From positions 7,051-71,050 of the forward strand of contig PVXE01000012.1 in the NCBI GenBank assembly GCA_014444615.1: a stretch of DNA of 64,000 nucleotides, written 5' to 3'. The notes under the pieces are model-generated. The model searched no databases. It was not told where the DNA came from and saw only the letters and a program-made list of their open reading frames with translations. Below are positions 8,797-20,202 of this stretch, in pieces (the stretch's first letter is position 1; every line of letters starts with the position of its first letter). The position numbers and the translations under genes were made by a program. This DNA comes from Tagaea sp. CACIAM 22H2 (GTDB lineage: Bacteria; Pseudomonadota; Alphaproteobacteria; CACIAM-22H2).

Positions 8797-11436
8797 TCAG
8801 CTCTCGTAGCCGAGATTGGGGCGCAGCCATTTCTCGGCTTGCGCCACGTCGACGCCGCGGCGATGCGCGAATTCGGCGACCTGATCCTTGCCGATCCGTG
8901 CCACGCCGAAATACGACGCCTGCGGATGCGCGAAGTAATAGCCGGAGACCGAGGCCGTCGGCAGCATCGCGAAACTCTCCGTCAGCTTCATGCGCGCCTT
9001 GTGTTGCGCATCGAGCAGGCGGAACAGCTCCGGCTTCTGGCTGTGATCGGGGCATGCGGGATAGCCCGGCGCCGGGCGGATGCCGCGATATTTCTCCGCG
9101 ACGATTTCCTCGTTCGTGAGCTTTTCGTCGGCGGCGTAGCCCCAGAATTCCTTGCGCACGCGCTCGTGCATCCGCTCGGCGAAGGCTTCGGCCAAACGGT
9201 CGGCCAGCGCCTTCAGCAGAATATCCGAGTAATCGTCATGCGCCGCCTTGAAGCGCGCGAGATGCGCTTCGATGTCGTGGCCCGCCGTCACAGCGAAGCC
9301 GCCGATATAATCGGCATCGGGCGACACGAAATCCGCGAGGCACATATTCGGCCGGTCGGCGCGCTTGCCGATCTGCTGGCGCAGGAAATAGAGCCGCGAG
9401 ACTTCATCGACGCGATCCTCGTCGGCATAGATCGCCACGTCGTCGCCGATGCGCTTGCACGGCCAGAAGCCAACCACGCCCTTCGCGACCAGCCACTTTT
9501 CTTTGACGATACGGTCGAGCATGCGCTTGGCGTCGTCGAACAGATTGCGCGCGCTGGCGCCCACCGTCGCGTCGTCGAGAATGGCGGGATAAGTGCCCGC
9601 GAGTTCCCAGGCGCGGAAGAACGGCGTCCAGTCGATGCGCTCGACCAGTTCGGCCAGCGGATAATCCTCGAACGCGCGCGTGCCCAGGAATTTGGGCTTG
9701 GGCATGTCGTATTTCGCCCAATCGATCTTCAAGCCGTTGGCGCGCGCTTCCGCCAGCGGCACCAGATTGTCCTTGGCCCCGCCCGCCCGCTCGACGCGGA
9801 TACGCTCGTATTCCGCGCGCACATCGGCGTTGAAGCCGTCGGCTTGCGTATCCGACAACAGCGCCGAACACACGCCCACGGCGCGCGACGCGTCCAGCAC
9901 ATGCACGGTCGGCCCGTCATAGCGGGGGGCAATACGCAGCGCCGTATGCGTCTTCGACGTGGTCGCCCCGCCAATCAATAGCGGGATCTTCAAGCCCGTG
10001 CGCTTCATCTCCTCGGCGACCGTCACCATCTCGTCGAGCGACGGCGTAATCAGGCCGGAGAGGCCGATGATATCGGCCTTGTTCTCGTTCGCGGCTTTCA
10101 GGATGTCCTGCACGGGCACCATGACGCCCAGATCGACGACTTCGTAGTTGTTGCACTGGAGCACAACGCCGACGATGTTCTTGCCGATGTCGTGAACGTC
10201 GCCCTTGACCGTCGCCATGACGATCTTGCCCTTGGAGCGCGATTCGGCCGTCTTTTCCGCCTCGATATAGGGGATGAGATGCGCGACCGCCTTTTTCATC
10301 ACCCGTGCGGATTTGACGACTTGCGGCAGGAACATCTTGCCAGCCCCGAACAGATCGCCGACGACGTTCATGCCGTCCATCAGCGGGCCTTCGATCACTT
10401 CGATCGGCTTGGCCGCTTGCAGGCGCGCTTCTTCCGTATCCTCGACCACGTATTGGTCGATGCCCTTCACCAGCGCATGTTCGATTCGCTTGATCACGGG
10501 CCAGGTGCGCCATTCAAGCTCGGCCGCATCCGGCACGTCGCCGGTCTTTTTGTATTTGGGCGCCAGCGCCAGCAGGCGTTCGGTCGAATCCTTGCGGCGG
10601 TTGAGGATCACGTCCTCGCACGCATCGCGCAGCTCCGCCGGGATCGCGTCGTAAACGTCGAGCTGGCCGGCGTTGACGATGCCCATATCCATCCCCGCCT
10701 TGATGGCGTGATAGAGGAACACCGAATGCATCGCGCGGCGCACGGGCTCGTTGCCGCGGAAGCTGAACGACAGATTCGACACGCCGCCCGAGATATGGAC
10801 ATGCGGGCAGCGGCGCTTGATTTCCTTCGTCGCTTCGATGAAGTCGACGCCGTAATTGTCGTGTTCCTCGATGCCGGTCGCGACTGCGAAGATGTTCGGA
10901 TCGAAGATGATATCTTCGGCCGGGAAGCCGACCTTCTCGGTCAGCAGCTTGTAGGCGCGCTCGCAGATTTCGACTTTGCGCTTCTGCGTATCCGCCTGGC
11001 CTTTTTCGTCGAACGCCATGACGACGACGGCGGCCCCGTAGCGGCGCACGAGCTTGGCGTGATGGAAGAAGGCTTCCTCGCCTTCCTTCAGCGAGATCGA
11101 ATTGACGATCGGCTTGCCGGCGACGCATTTCAGCCCCGCCTCGATGACCGACCACTTGGAGGAGTCGATCATCACCGGCACGCGGCTGATATCGGGCTCC
11201 GCCGCGATCAGTTTCAGGAAGGTCGTCATCGCCTTTTCGGCGTCGAGCAAGCCTTCGTCCATGTTGACGTCGATGATTTGCGCGCCCGCTTCGACCTGCT
11301 GGCGCGCAACATCGACCGCCTTGGCGTAGTCGCCCGCCAGGATCAGCTTCTTGAACGCCGCCGAGCCGGTGACGTTGGTGCGTTCGCCGACATTGACGAA
11401 GGTCGCGACTTGCTGGGGGTTCGATGCGTCGGTCAT
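8797..11436 (-). CDS. metH: Cobalamin-dependent methionine synthase, pterin/B12/activation domains (C-terminal part of split MetH)
   Basis: [12 protein letters not shown]12-binding [34 protein letters not shown]; lacks the homocysteine-binding domain. Confidence 0.95.
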   Translation of the reverse strand: MTDASNPQQVATFVNVGERTNVTGSAAFKKLILAGDYAKAVDVARQQVEAGAQIIDVNMDEGLLDAEKAMTTFLKLIAAEPDISRVPVMIDSSKWSVIEAGLKCVAGKPIVNSISLKEGEEAFFHHAKLVRRYGAAVVVMAFDEKGQADTQKRKVEICERAYKLLTEKVGFPAEDIIFDPNIFAVATGIEEHDNYGVDFIEATKEIKRRCPHVHISGGVSNLSFSFRGNEPVRRAMHSVFLYHAIKAGMDMGIVNAGQLDVYDAIPAELRDACEDVILNRRKDSTERLLALAPKYKKTGDVPDAAELEWRTWPVIKRIEHALVKGIDQYVVEDTEEARLQAAKPIEVIEGPLMDGMNVVGDLFGAGKMFLPQVVKSARVMKKAVAHLIPYIEAEKTAESRSKGKIVMATVKGDVHDIGKNIVGVVLQCNNYEVVDLGVMVPVQDILKAANENKADIIGLSGLITPSLDEMVTVAEEMKRTGLKIPLLIGGATTSKTHTALRIAPRYDGPTVHVLDASRAVGVCSALLSDTQADGFNADVRAEYERIRVERAGGAKDNLVPLAEARANGLKIDWAKYDMPKPKFLGTRAFEDYPLAELVERIDWTPFFRAWELAGTYPAILDDATVGASARNLFDDAKRMLDRIVKEKWLVAKGVVGFWPCKRIGDDVAIYADEDRVDEVSRLYFLRQQIGKRADRPNMCLADFVSPDADYIGGFAVTAGHDIEAHLARFKAAHDDYSDILLKALADRLAEAFAERMHERVRKEFWGYAADEKLTNEEIVAEKYRGIRPAPGYPACPDHSQKPELFRLLDAQHKARMKLTESFAMLPTASVSGYYFAHPQASYFGVARIGKDQVAEFAHRRGVDVAQAEKWLRPNLGYES

Positions 11437-11437
11437 G

Positions 11438-12490
11438 TCAGAAATTCGCCGCTTCCATGCCGGCGAGCCGCAAACGCGCGCCGAGTTTCGGGATCTGGCG
11501 CGGGTTCACGCCCGCGACCGATTGCGCGATCGCCGCGATATGCGCGGGCGTCGTGCCGCAGCAGCCGCCGACGACGTTGATCCAGCCATTGCGCGCCCAA
11601 ACGCCGACGAGGCGCCCGGTCATTTCCGGCGGCTCGTCGTAAGCGCCCATGTCGTTGGGCAGGCCGGCATTGGGATAGACGCAAATCAGCGTATCGGCGC
11701 GCGATTGAATGTCGCCGACATAGGGGTGAAGCTCGGTCGCCCCGAACGAGCAATTCATACCCATCGTCAGCGGCCGCGCATGGCGCACCGAATTCCAGAA
11801 CGCTTCGACCGTCTGGCCGGAGAGATTGCGCCCCGCCATGTCGGTGAGGGTGAAGGAGCACATCACCGGGATTTCCTCGCCGCGCGCTTCGCCCGCTTCC
11901 GCGCAAGCGACCAGCGCCGCTTTGGCGTTCAGCGAGTCGAACACGGTTTCGACCGCGATGAAATCGGCGCCGCCGTCGAGCAAACCGTCGATCTGCTCGC
12001 GATACGTATCGCGCATCTCTTCGAACGACACGGCGCGATAGCCCGGATTATTGACGTCCGGGCTGATCGACAACGTCTTGTTCGTGGGCCCGAGCGCGCC
12101 GACGACGAACAACGGCTTGGCCGGGTTCTTGGCCATCGCCGCGTCGACCACGCCGCGGATCACGCGCGCGGCAGCGGTGGCGATTTCCTTCGCCATCGTC
12201 TGGATGCCGTAATCGGCCTGGCTGATGCGGTTGGCGTTGAACGAATTCGTCGCCAGCAGATCCGCTCCCGCATCGACATAGGCTTGGCAGATTTCGCTGA
12301 CCACGTCGGGGCGCGTCAGGTTCAGAAGGTCGTTATTGCCCTTCTGATCCATGTTGAAGCTGCGGCCCGCGCGGAATCCGTCCTCGTCGAGCTTGTAGGA
12401 CTGGATCATCGAGCCGTAGGGGCCGTCCTTGACCAGAATGCGTTCCGACGCGAGCTTGCGGAAGAGCGCGGCTTTTTCGCTGCGGGTCAT
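11438..12490 (-). CDS. Homocysteine S-methyltransferase domain protein (N-terminal part of split MetH)
   Basis: [38 protein letters not shown] and Zn-binding GGCCGTTP. Confidence 0.93.
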   Translation of the reverse strand: MTRSEKAALFRKLASERILVKDGPYGSMIQSYKLDEDGFRAGRSFNMDQKGNNDLLNLTRPDVVSEICQAYVDAGADLLATNSFNANRISQADYGIQTMAKEIATAAARVIRGVVDAAMAKNPAKPLFVVGALGPTNKTLSISPDVNNPGYRAVSFEEMRDTYREQIDGLLDGGADFIAVETVFDSLNAKAALVACAEAGEARGEEIPVMCSFTLTDMAGRNLSGQTVEAFWNSVRHARPLTMGMNCSFGATELHPYVGDIQSRADTLICVYPNAGLPNDMGAYDEPPEMTGRLVGVWARNGWINVVGGCCGTTPAHIAAIAQSVAGVNPRQIPKLGARLRLAGMEAANF

Positions 12491-12500
12491 GGATGATTCC

Positions 12501-13382
12501 TCATGCCGCCGGGCGCAGGCCCAGAATATGGCAGATCGAATAGGCGAGATCGGCGCGGTTCAGCGTGTAGAAGTGGAACGCGTCCACGCCGTGCTCCTGC
12601 AAGCGGCGGCATTGTTCGGCCGCGACCATCGCGGCGACCAGGCGGCGCGTATCGGGATCGCCGTCGAGCCCCTCGAACAAATGCGCGAGCCAATCCGGCA
12701 CCGACGCGCCGCACATTTTCGAAAACTTCACGACCTGCGCGAAATTCGTGACCGGCAGAATGCCCGGCACGATTTCCGCCGCGATCCCGCGCGCGGCAAC
12801 CTTGTCGCGATAGCGCAGATAGACGTCGACATCGAAGAAGTATTGCGTGATGGCGCGCGTCGCACCCGCATCGAGCTTCGCCTTCAGGAAGTCGATATCC
12901 TTCTCCGGGTCCGGCGAGTCCGGATGCTTCTCCGGATACGCGCCGACCGAGATTTCGAAATCGCCGAGCTTGCGAATGCCCGCGATCAGATCGTTGGCAT
13001 AGGCGTAGCCGCCCGGATGCGGCGCGTATTTCGTGGTACCCGCCGGCGGGTCACCTCGAAGAGCCACAATATGCCGCACGCCCGCGTCCCAATAACCGCG
13101 CACGACGTCGTCGATCTCCGCGCGCGTCGCGGCGACGCAAGTGAGATGCGCTGCCGGCTTCAACTTGGTTTCCTGCACCAGGCGTTTGACGGTCGCGTGC
13201 GTGCGCTCGCGCGTCGTACCGCCAGCCCCGTAGGTGACCGACACGAAGCGCGGCGCCAAGGGGGCAAGGCGCTCGACCGAAGCCCACAGCGTCTTTTCCA
13301 TCTCCTCGTTCTTCGGCGGGAAGAACTCGAAGGAGATTTTCAACGGATGGGCGGGGGCGGACCCGAACAGACGCGGCGACAT
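12501..13382 (-). CDS. metF: 5,10-methylenetetrahydrofolate reductase
   Basis: SFEFFPPK, SVTYGAGG, AHLTCV, ALRGDPP, AYPEKHP, ITQYFFD, HFYTLNR. Confidence 0.95.
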   Translation of the reverse strand: MSPRLFGSAPAHPLKISFEFFPPKNEEMEKTLWASVERLAPLAPRFVSVTYGAGGTTRERTHATVKRLVQETKLKPAAHLTCVAATRAEIDDVVRGYWDAGVRHIVALRGDPPAGTTKYAPHPGGYAYANDLIAGIRKLGDFEISVGAYPEKHPDSPDPEKDIDFLKAKLDAGATRAITQYFFDVDVYLRYRDKVAARGIAAEIVPGILPVTNFAQVVKFSKMCGASVPDWLAHLFEGLDGDPDTRRLVAAMVAAEQCRRLQEHGVDAFHFYTLNRADLAYSICHILGLRPAA

Positions 13383-13392
13383 GGGGGGTTCC

Positions 13393-14340
13393 TCAGGAAA
13401 GGGGCCGGTCGGCGGCCCAGAGACAAACGGTGAGCGGATGGCCCGGCAAAGCGACGGGATCGGCGGGAACGAGACCGGCGGCCGAAAGCCAAGCGCGCAT
13501 TTCGGAATCGGCGAAGCCAAGGCGGCGATGGGCGTGGCGGGCGCGCAGCTCGTCCTGCGCATGCGGCGCGAAATCGACCACGACGATGCGCCCGCCGGGG
13601 GCGAGCACGCGCGCGGCTTCCGCCAGCACGGCGGCGGGATCGTCGGCGAAATGCAGAACCTGATGGATGACGATCGCGCCGAAGGTCGGTTCGTCCCACG
13701 GCAGGCGATACATGTCGCCTTGGCGAACATAGGAATTCGGCAAATTCGCTTCGGCAAGATTGGCGCGCGCGACGCGCAACATATCGACCGAGGAATCGAT
13801 GCCGATGCCCTTCACGCCGTGACGGCCGAAAAGTTCCAGCACGCGGCCGGTTCCCGTGCCGATATCCAGCAACTCGCCCGCAATCGTCGCGGGCGGCAAC
13901 AATGCCAGCAGCCGCTTTTCGACTTCCGCGTCGTCGACATGCAACGAGCGGATTTCGTCCCAGCGTTCGGCATTCGCCGCGAAATAGTCCGCCGCGCGCG
14001 CGGCACGCGCGGCGCGCACCGCGATCAAGCCGTCGCGATCGCGGGACAGCTGCGGGTCGGCCTTGGGGATCAGGTCGGCGATCTGGCGGACGAGGCCGTT
14101 GGCCTTGCCGCCCTCGGCCAGTCGATAGAAAACCCAGCCGCCCTCCGGCAAACGGTCCAGCAGCCCGGCATCGCACAGAAGTTTCAGGTGCCGTGACACG
14201 CGCGGCTGGCTTTGGCCCAGAATCTGGACCAATTCGCTGACGGTCAGCTCGCCTTCGGCGCACAACGCCATCAGCCGCAGCCGAGTTGGCTCGGCGGCGG
14301 CGCGCAATCCTTCAAGAACGGTATCTAATGACCGTGCCAT
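13393..14340 (-). CDS. sahR: ArsR-type HTH fused to SAM-methyltransferase-like sensor domain; SahR-type methionine regulator
   Basis: AAEPTRLRL...QSQPRVSRHLK HTH plus LLDIGTGTG domain; first gene of the metF-metH operon. Confidence 0.85.
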   Translation of the reverse strand: MARSLDTVLEGLRAAAEPTRLRLMALCAEGELTVSELVQILGQSQPRVSRHLKLLCDAGLLDRLPEGGWVFYRLAEGGKANGLVRQIADLIPKADPQLSRDRDGLIAVRAARAARAADYFAANAERWDEIRSLHVDDAEVEKRLLALLPPATIAGELLDIGTGTGRVLELFGRHGVKGIGIDSSVDMLRVARANLAEANLPNSYVRQGDMYRLPWDEPTFGAIVIHQVLHFADDPAAVLAEAARVLAPGGRIVVVDFAPHAQDELRARHAHRRLGFADSEMRAWLSAAGLVPADPVALPGHPLTVCLWAADRPLS

Positions 14341-14351
14341 ACCGATATCCT

Positions 14352-14369
14352 TATAAAGGTATCTTTATA
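14352..14369. promoter_or_regulatory. Palindromic operator TATAAAG-N4-CTTTATA, probable SahR site
   Basis: Perfect 7-bp inverted repeat about 12 bp upstream of the sahR start codon; resembles the SahR motif as I recall it. Confidence 0.7.
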
Positions 14370-14674
14370 TCTTTCAAGATACATTTTATTCCCTAGCCGT
14401 TAAATACGATGTGAAACTGTGACCAAGCCGCAACATCGCGACGACGTTCATAACTCGACACATCCGTTGCCTACCCTCCCAGAAGGCCATGTGATAGCTA
14501 ATTGGGTGAGTTAAGGAATCGGGGCGCCCGCTCCTTCACGCGATGTTCGTTGCCAATCGGGCTTCGGTCGAAGCCGATAAAGCAGCGGGCAGCGGCGAAC
14601 GTGTATTTGGTTTCCGGGCCGCGCGCGAAACGCCTTAGCAAGTGCGTAGAGTTCAGAAGGAACGAGTCGTCGAA

Positions 14675-15499
14675 ATGTCCTGCACGCTCCCCCGCTTCGC
14701 CCGGCAAGTCGCGTTGTCGGCCGCCATCATCGGCACGTTGTCGACCGCGGCGCTGGCCGAGGACACGCTTGCACCGCGCCAGCAAGCGCAGCAATCGACG
14801 GACATCAACGACCCCTTTGAATACGTCAATCGCGGCATCTTCGAGGTCAACATCTTCCTCGACGAAATCGCCCTGAAGCCGTTGGCCGCTTGGTACGGCG
14901 TGCTGCCCGATCGCGCGCGCGAAGGCACGCACAACTTCCTCGCCAATCTGAAGACCCCGTGGGTCGCCGTGAACGACGCCGCGCAAGGCGAAGGCCAGCG
15001 TTTCGGCACGTCGCTCGCGCGCTTCTTCATCAACACGCTGCTCGGCTTCTTCGGCACGTTCGATCCCGCCGCCCATATGGGCTTCCCCGCGCACGAGGAA
15101 GACGCGGGCCAGACCTTCGCGGTCTGGGGTGCGGGCGAAGGCCCCTACATCATGCTGCCGGTCTTCGGCCCGTCGAACGTGCGCGATACGCTCGGCTTCG
15201 CGGTCGACTCGTTCCTCGATCCGGTGAATTTTGCGACCAGCCGCTCCGACAAGCTCGACTGGGTGCCTTATGCGCGCGGTGCTGCTTCCGGCATCGATGC
15301 GCGTCAGCGCAACTGGCAGACGCTCGAGGATCTGAAGCGCAACTCGACCGACTATTACGCGACGATCCGGCGCGTCTACACGGATCGCCGCCGCGCCGCG
15401 ATCCGCAACGATGCGGGCGGCGAAACGATGCCCCTGCCGCGCATGTCCGACGCCGACGAAGCGCCGGCACGTTCGCGCGCCGACGCCTCGCGCCAGTAA
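14675..15499 (+). CDS. mlaA: MlaA/VacJ family outer-membrane lipid asymmetry protein
   Basis: NDPFEYVNR, RFFINTLLGFFG, EDAGQTFAVWG, GPYIMLPVFGPSNVRD. Confidence 0.92.
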   Translation: MSCTLPRFARQVALSAAIIGTLSTAALAEDTLAPRQQAQQSTDINDPFEYVNRGIFEVNIFLDEIALKPLAAWYGVLPDRAREGTHNFLANLKTPWVAVNDAAQGEGQRFGTSLARFFINTLLGFFGTFDPAAHMGFPAHEEDAGQTFAVWGAGEGPYIMLPVFGPSNVRDTLGFAVDSFLDPVNFATSRSDKLDWVPYARGAASGIDARQRNWQTLEDLKRNSTDYYATIRRVYTDRRRAAIRNDAGGETMPLPRMSDADEAPARSRADASRQ

Positions 15500-15525
15500 C
15501 GCGCGGACGCGGACGGAAGCTCGAG

Positions 15526-16149
15526 ATGGACCGCCGGCATTTCCTCTCCGCCGCGGCAGTTTTTTGCGCGCTGCCCGGCATGGCGCTGGCGCAGGCCGGC
15601 GGCAATCAGGTGCCGGCCGCCGCGCAATTCATCGAGAAGCTGGCCCAGCGCGCCATCGAAGGCCTGACCACGCGCGACATCGACACGAACGAGCGCACCA
15701 AGCGCTTCCGCACGCTGTTCACCGAAAGCTTCGACGTGCCGAAGATCGGCCGCTTCGCGCTGGGCAACGCTTGGCGCACCGCCAACGCGGCCGATCGTGA
15801 AGCCTATCTTTCGGCGTTCGAAGATTTCATCGTCGCGACCTATGCGACGCGCTTCGCCGATTACGGCGGCGAAACGATCCGCGTGATCGGTTCGCGCCCG
15901 CTCGAAGACGGCGAAGCCGCCGTCGGCACGCATTTCGTGCGCACGCAAGGCGAGCCGATCCGCGTCGATTGGCGCCTGGCGCCGGACGGCGGAAACTGGA
16001 AGATCATCGACGTGGTGATCGAGGGCGTGAGCATGGCGATCACGCAACGCGACGATTTCAACGCCACCGTCCAACGCAATGGCGGCCGCGTCGGCCCGCT
16101 GATCGAGCTGCTGCGCGAGAAGGTGAAGACGACGGCCGCGCGCGGCTGA
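15526..16149 (+). CDS. mlaC: MlaC/Ttg2D periplasmic phospholipid-binding protein
   Basis: Twin-arginine-like leader MDRRHFL; FALGNAWR, WKIIDVVIEGVSM; follows mlaA. Confidence 0.9.
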   Translation: MDRRHFLSAAAVFCALPGMALAQAGGNQVPAAAQFIEKLAQRAIEGLTTRDIDTNERTKRFRTLFTESFDVPKIGRFALGNAWRTANAADREAYLSAFEDFIVATYATRFADYGGETIRVIGSRPLEDGEAAVGTHFVRTQGEPIRVDWRLAPDGGNWKIIDVVIEGVSMAITQRDDFNATVQRNGGRVGPLIELLREKVKTTAARG

Positions 16150-16166
16150 TCGCCCGCCGATCCGGC

Positions 16167-16203
16167 AACGAAAAACGGCGCCCTTGCGGGCGCCGTTTTC
16201 GTT
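16167..16203. terminator. Bidirectional intrinsic terminator between mlaC and ettA
   Basis: AAAACGGCGCCC-TTGC-GGGCGCCGTTTT hairpin between convergent genes. Confidence 0.85.
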
Positions 16204-16222
16204 TGCGCGCGCGGCTTGGCGC

Positions 16223-17905
<1,683 letters not shown>

Positions 17906-17998
17906 GCGGGGGCGGTCCTTCGGAAATGAATGCGAGATCGGGCCGCCGGAATAGCACGGCGGCGGCGGCGGGCGGAAGGCCCGGTTTCGGCGCGAAAA

Positions 17999-19192
17999 CT
18001 AGGTCCGGGCGGCCAGAACGGCCCGCTTTTCGGCCTCGTCCTGGAAACGCGCCAAACTGTCCTCGATCTCCTTGCGGGGAATCTCCCGCACGATGAAGAC
18101 GAATTTGGACCGGCGGTCTTCGTCGGGCCAGCGGGGGACGCGCGCCGGCGGGTGGAAAAGATGTTGGACACCGTGCACGGCGATGGGCGTGTCCTCGCCT
18201 GCGACGTTGACGATACCTTTCATCCGCAGCAGATCGGGGCCCCGGCTTTGGGCGAGCGAGCCCAGCCAGCCCGCGACCACATCCCATTCCATCGGCTTGT
18301 CGATGACGATGCAATAGGCGCGGATGCGGTCGTCGTGGCGGTTCACGTCGTCGTGATGGTGGTGACCGTGATCATGCCCGTGGTGGTCATGATCGTGCCC
18401 ATGGTCGTGATCATGGTGATGGTCGTGATCATGCGCGTGATGGTGGTGATGGTCACCATGGCTGTGGCCATGGGCATAGGCTTCTTCGTTCAGCCAGCGG
18501 CGCACATCGGCCGATTTGGTTTCGGGATTGTAGAGCCCGGCTTCGAGGATCAGCGACGGATCGATATCGCCGTGGCTCACCTCGAACAACGGCGCGCCGG
18601 GATTGATGTCGTGCAGACGCGCGCGCAATTGCATCAGCTCGCGCGGCTTGGCGAGATCGACCTTGGTGATCAGCAAACGATCGGCGACCGCGGCTTGCTT
18701 AACGCTTTCCTTTTCCTTGTCGAGCTGATCCATCGCGTTGACCGCGTCGACCGTCGTCACCACGCCGTCGAGGCGGTAGTAAGCGGCGAGGACGGGATCG
18801 TCCATCAGCGTGTGCAGGATGGGTGCAGGATCGGCCAAGCCGGTCGTTTCGATGACGACGCGCTTGAAATCGGGGATCTGCTTGCGCACGCGCTTGAGAT
18901 ACAGGTCGCGCAACGCGACCTCCAGATCGCCGCGCACCGTGCAGCACAGACAGCCCGCGTTCATTTTCACGAACTGGGTCTGCTGGCCGGGATCGACATG
19001 TTCCAGCAACTCGCCCTGAACCAGCAGATCGTCGAGCCCGATTTCCCCGAACTCGTTGATGATTACCGCCGTATCGGCCATGCCGGGATGGCGCAGCAGC
19101 TTGGTCAGCAGCGTGGTCTTACCGCTGCCCAGAAAGCCGGTGAGCACGGAGATCGGAAGCGGGGTCCAGGTTTTGGCGTCGGTGTCGGTCAT
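17999..19192 (-). CDS. COG0523/CobW-family G3E GTPase metallochaperone with His-rich insert
   Basis: TGFLGSGKTT, NEFGEIGLD, GCLCC, IETTGLADP, long His/Asp tract, LLRMKGIV. Confidence 0.92.
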   Translation of the reverse strand: MTDTDAKTWTPLPISVLTGFLGSGKTTLLTKLLRHPGMADTAVIINEFGEIGLDDLLVQGELLEHVDPGQQTQFVKMNAGCLCCTVRGDLEVALRDLYLKRVRKQIPDFKRVVIETTGLADPAPILHTLMDDPVLAAYYRLDGVVTTVDAVNAMDQLDKEKESVKQAAVADRLLITKVDLAKPRELMQLRARLHDINPGAPLFEVSHGDIDPSLILEAGLYNPETKSADVRRWLNEEAYAHGHSHGDHHHHHAHDHDHHHDHDHGHDHDHHGHDHGHHHHDDVNRHDDRIRAYCIVIDKPMEWDVVAGWLGSLAQSRGPDLLRMKGIVNVAGEDTPIAVHGVQHLFHPPARVPRWPDEDRRSKFVFIVREIPRKEIEDSLARFQDEAEKRAVLAART

Positions 19193-19197
19193 GCCGG

Positions 19198-19212
19198 TGA
19201 TATAATATCTCG
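19198..19212. promoter_or_regulatory. Zur-box-like AT-rich palindrome upstream of the COG0523 gene
   Basis: TGATATAATATCTCG (core GATAT-A-ATATC), 11/15 match to the Zur core TGTTATAATATAACA; flanked by ATGCCG...CGGCAT. Confidence 0.45.
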
Positions 19213-19245
19213 TGCGGCATCCCGCCAGGGCCTATCCTGATCGAA

Positions 19246-20202
19246 ATGAAAACGCGCGACCGCCCGCCTCTTGCCGGAATAGTCGCCGCCGCTGTCGGCG
19301 GGCTCGTGGCGTTCGCACTGCTTTATTGGGCGGCGTCACGCGGGCCCGACGGGGCGGGAATGCTCGGGATCGGGATCGCGGCCCTCGCCGGTATCGGCAC
19401 GGCTTTGGCGCTAACGAATGTCCTGCTGGGGCGAACGGTCGTCGGGCCCATGCGCGCCGCCCTCGCCGCGCGGGAGATGGAAATCGCCCGATTGACCGCG
19501 AACACCCCGCCGCCGATCCCGCGTGCGCCCCGCCCCGAATTTTTCGACCCGGAGCTCGCCCGGTTGACGCCCGCCGGCGGTGCGGAAGGCAAGCGCAAAC
19601 TCGCCGCCCTCACTTTCGTGGTGTTCGATCTGGAGACGACGGGCCTCGACACCAAGAACGACCGGATCGTGTCGATCGGCGCCGTGCGGACGCGCGGGCC
19701 CGAATGCTTGGACGGGCAGTGTTTCGCCACGCTGGTCGATCCCGGCCGTCCGATCCCGAAGGCCAATACGGCGATCCATGGGATCGACGACGCGGCCGTC
19801 GCGGGCGCGCCCGACGCAGGCGCGGCGGCGAAGCTGTTCGCCGGCTTCGCCCGCGAATCCGTGCTGGTCGCGCACAACGCGGCGTTCGACCTCGCCTTCC
19901 TGAAACGCGCGGGCGGCGAGGCGGGGATCGAATTCGATCATCCCCCGTTCGACACGCTGCTGATCGCGCGCCATCTGTTCCCCGACCTTGCCGATCACAG
20001 CCTGGACGGGCTTGCCGCGCTGCTGCGGATCGAGATCGGCCGGCGCCATTCGGCGCTGGACGACGCGCACGCCACCGCGCGCGTCTTCGCGCGGCTGCTG
20101 GAAGTGTGTGCGCTGCGCGGCATCGACGATTACGACGAGCTGGTGGAAGCGTCGAACATGGCGCTGGAACTGCGCCGCGCGGCTAAATCAATCGCCCGGT
20201 GA
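19246..20202 (+). CDS. DEDDh 3'-5' exonuclease (DnaQ-like) with two N-terminal transmembrane helices
   Basis: VVFDLETTG, VAHNAAFD, RHSALDDA; two hydrophobic stretches in the first ~60 residues. Confidence 0.88.
   Translation: MKTRDRPPLAGIVAAAVGGLVAFALLYWAASRGPDGAGMLGIGIAALAGIGTALALTNVLLGRTVVGPMRAALAAREMEIARLTANTPPPIPRAPRPEFFDPELARLTPAGGAEGKRKLAALTFVVFDLETTGLDTKNDRIVSIGAVRTRGPECLDGQCFATLVDPGRPIPKANTAIHGIDDAAVAGAPDAGAAAKLFAGFARESVLVAHNAAFDLAFLKRAGGEAGIEFDHPPFDTLLIARHLFPDLADHSLDGLAALLRIEIGRRHSALDDAHATARVFARLLEVCALRGIDDYDELVEASNMALELRRAAKSIAR

Noticed and set aside
14341-14675. SAM or cobalamin riboswitch upstream of the met operon
   Set aside because: No SAM-II, SAM-SAH or B12-box consensus recognised; a protein-type palindromic operator is present instead
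18340-18478. GTG/ATG-rich low-complexity tract as a DNA repeat element
   Set aside because: Explained by His/Asp codons of the COG0523 protein on the minus strand
19246-20202. Calling the DEDDh protein dnaQ (Pol III epsilon)
   Set aside because: It has N-terminal TM helices and lies in the DUF294/transporter context rather than a replication context
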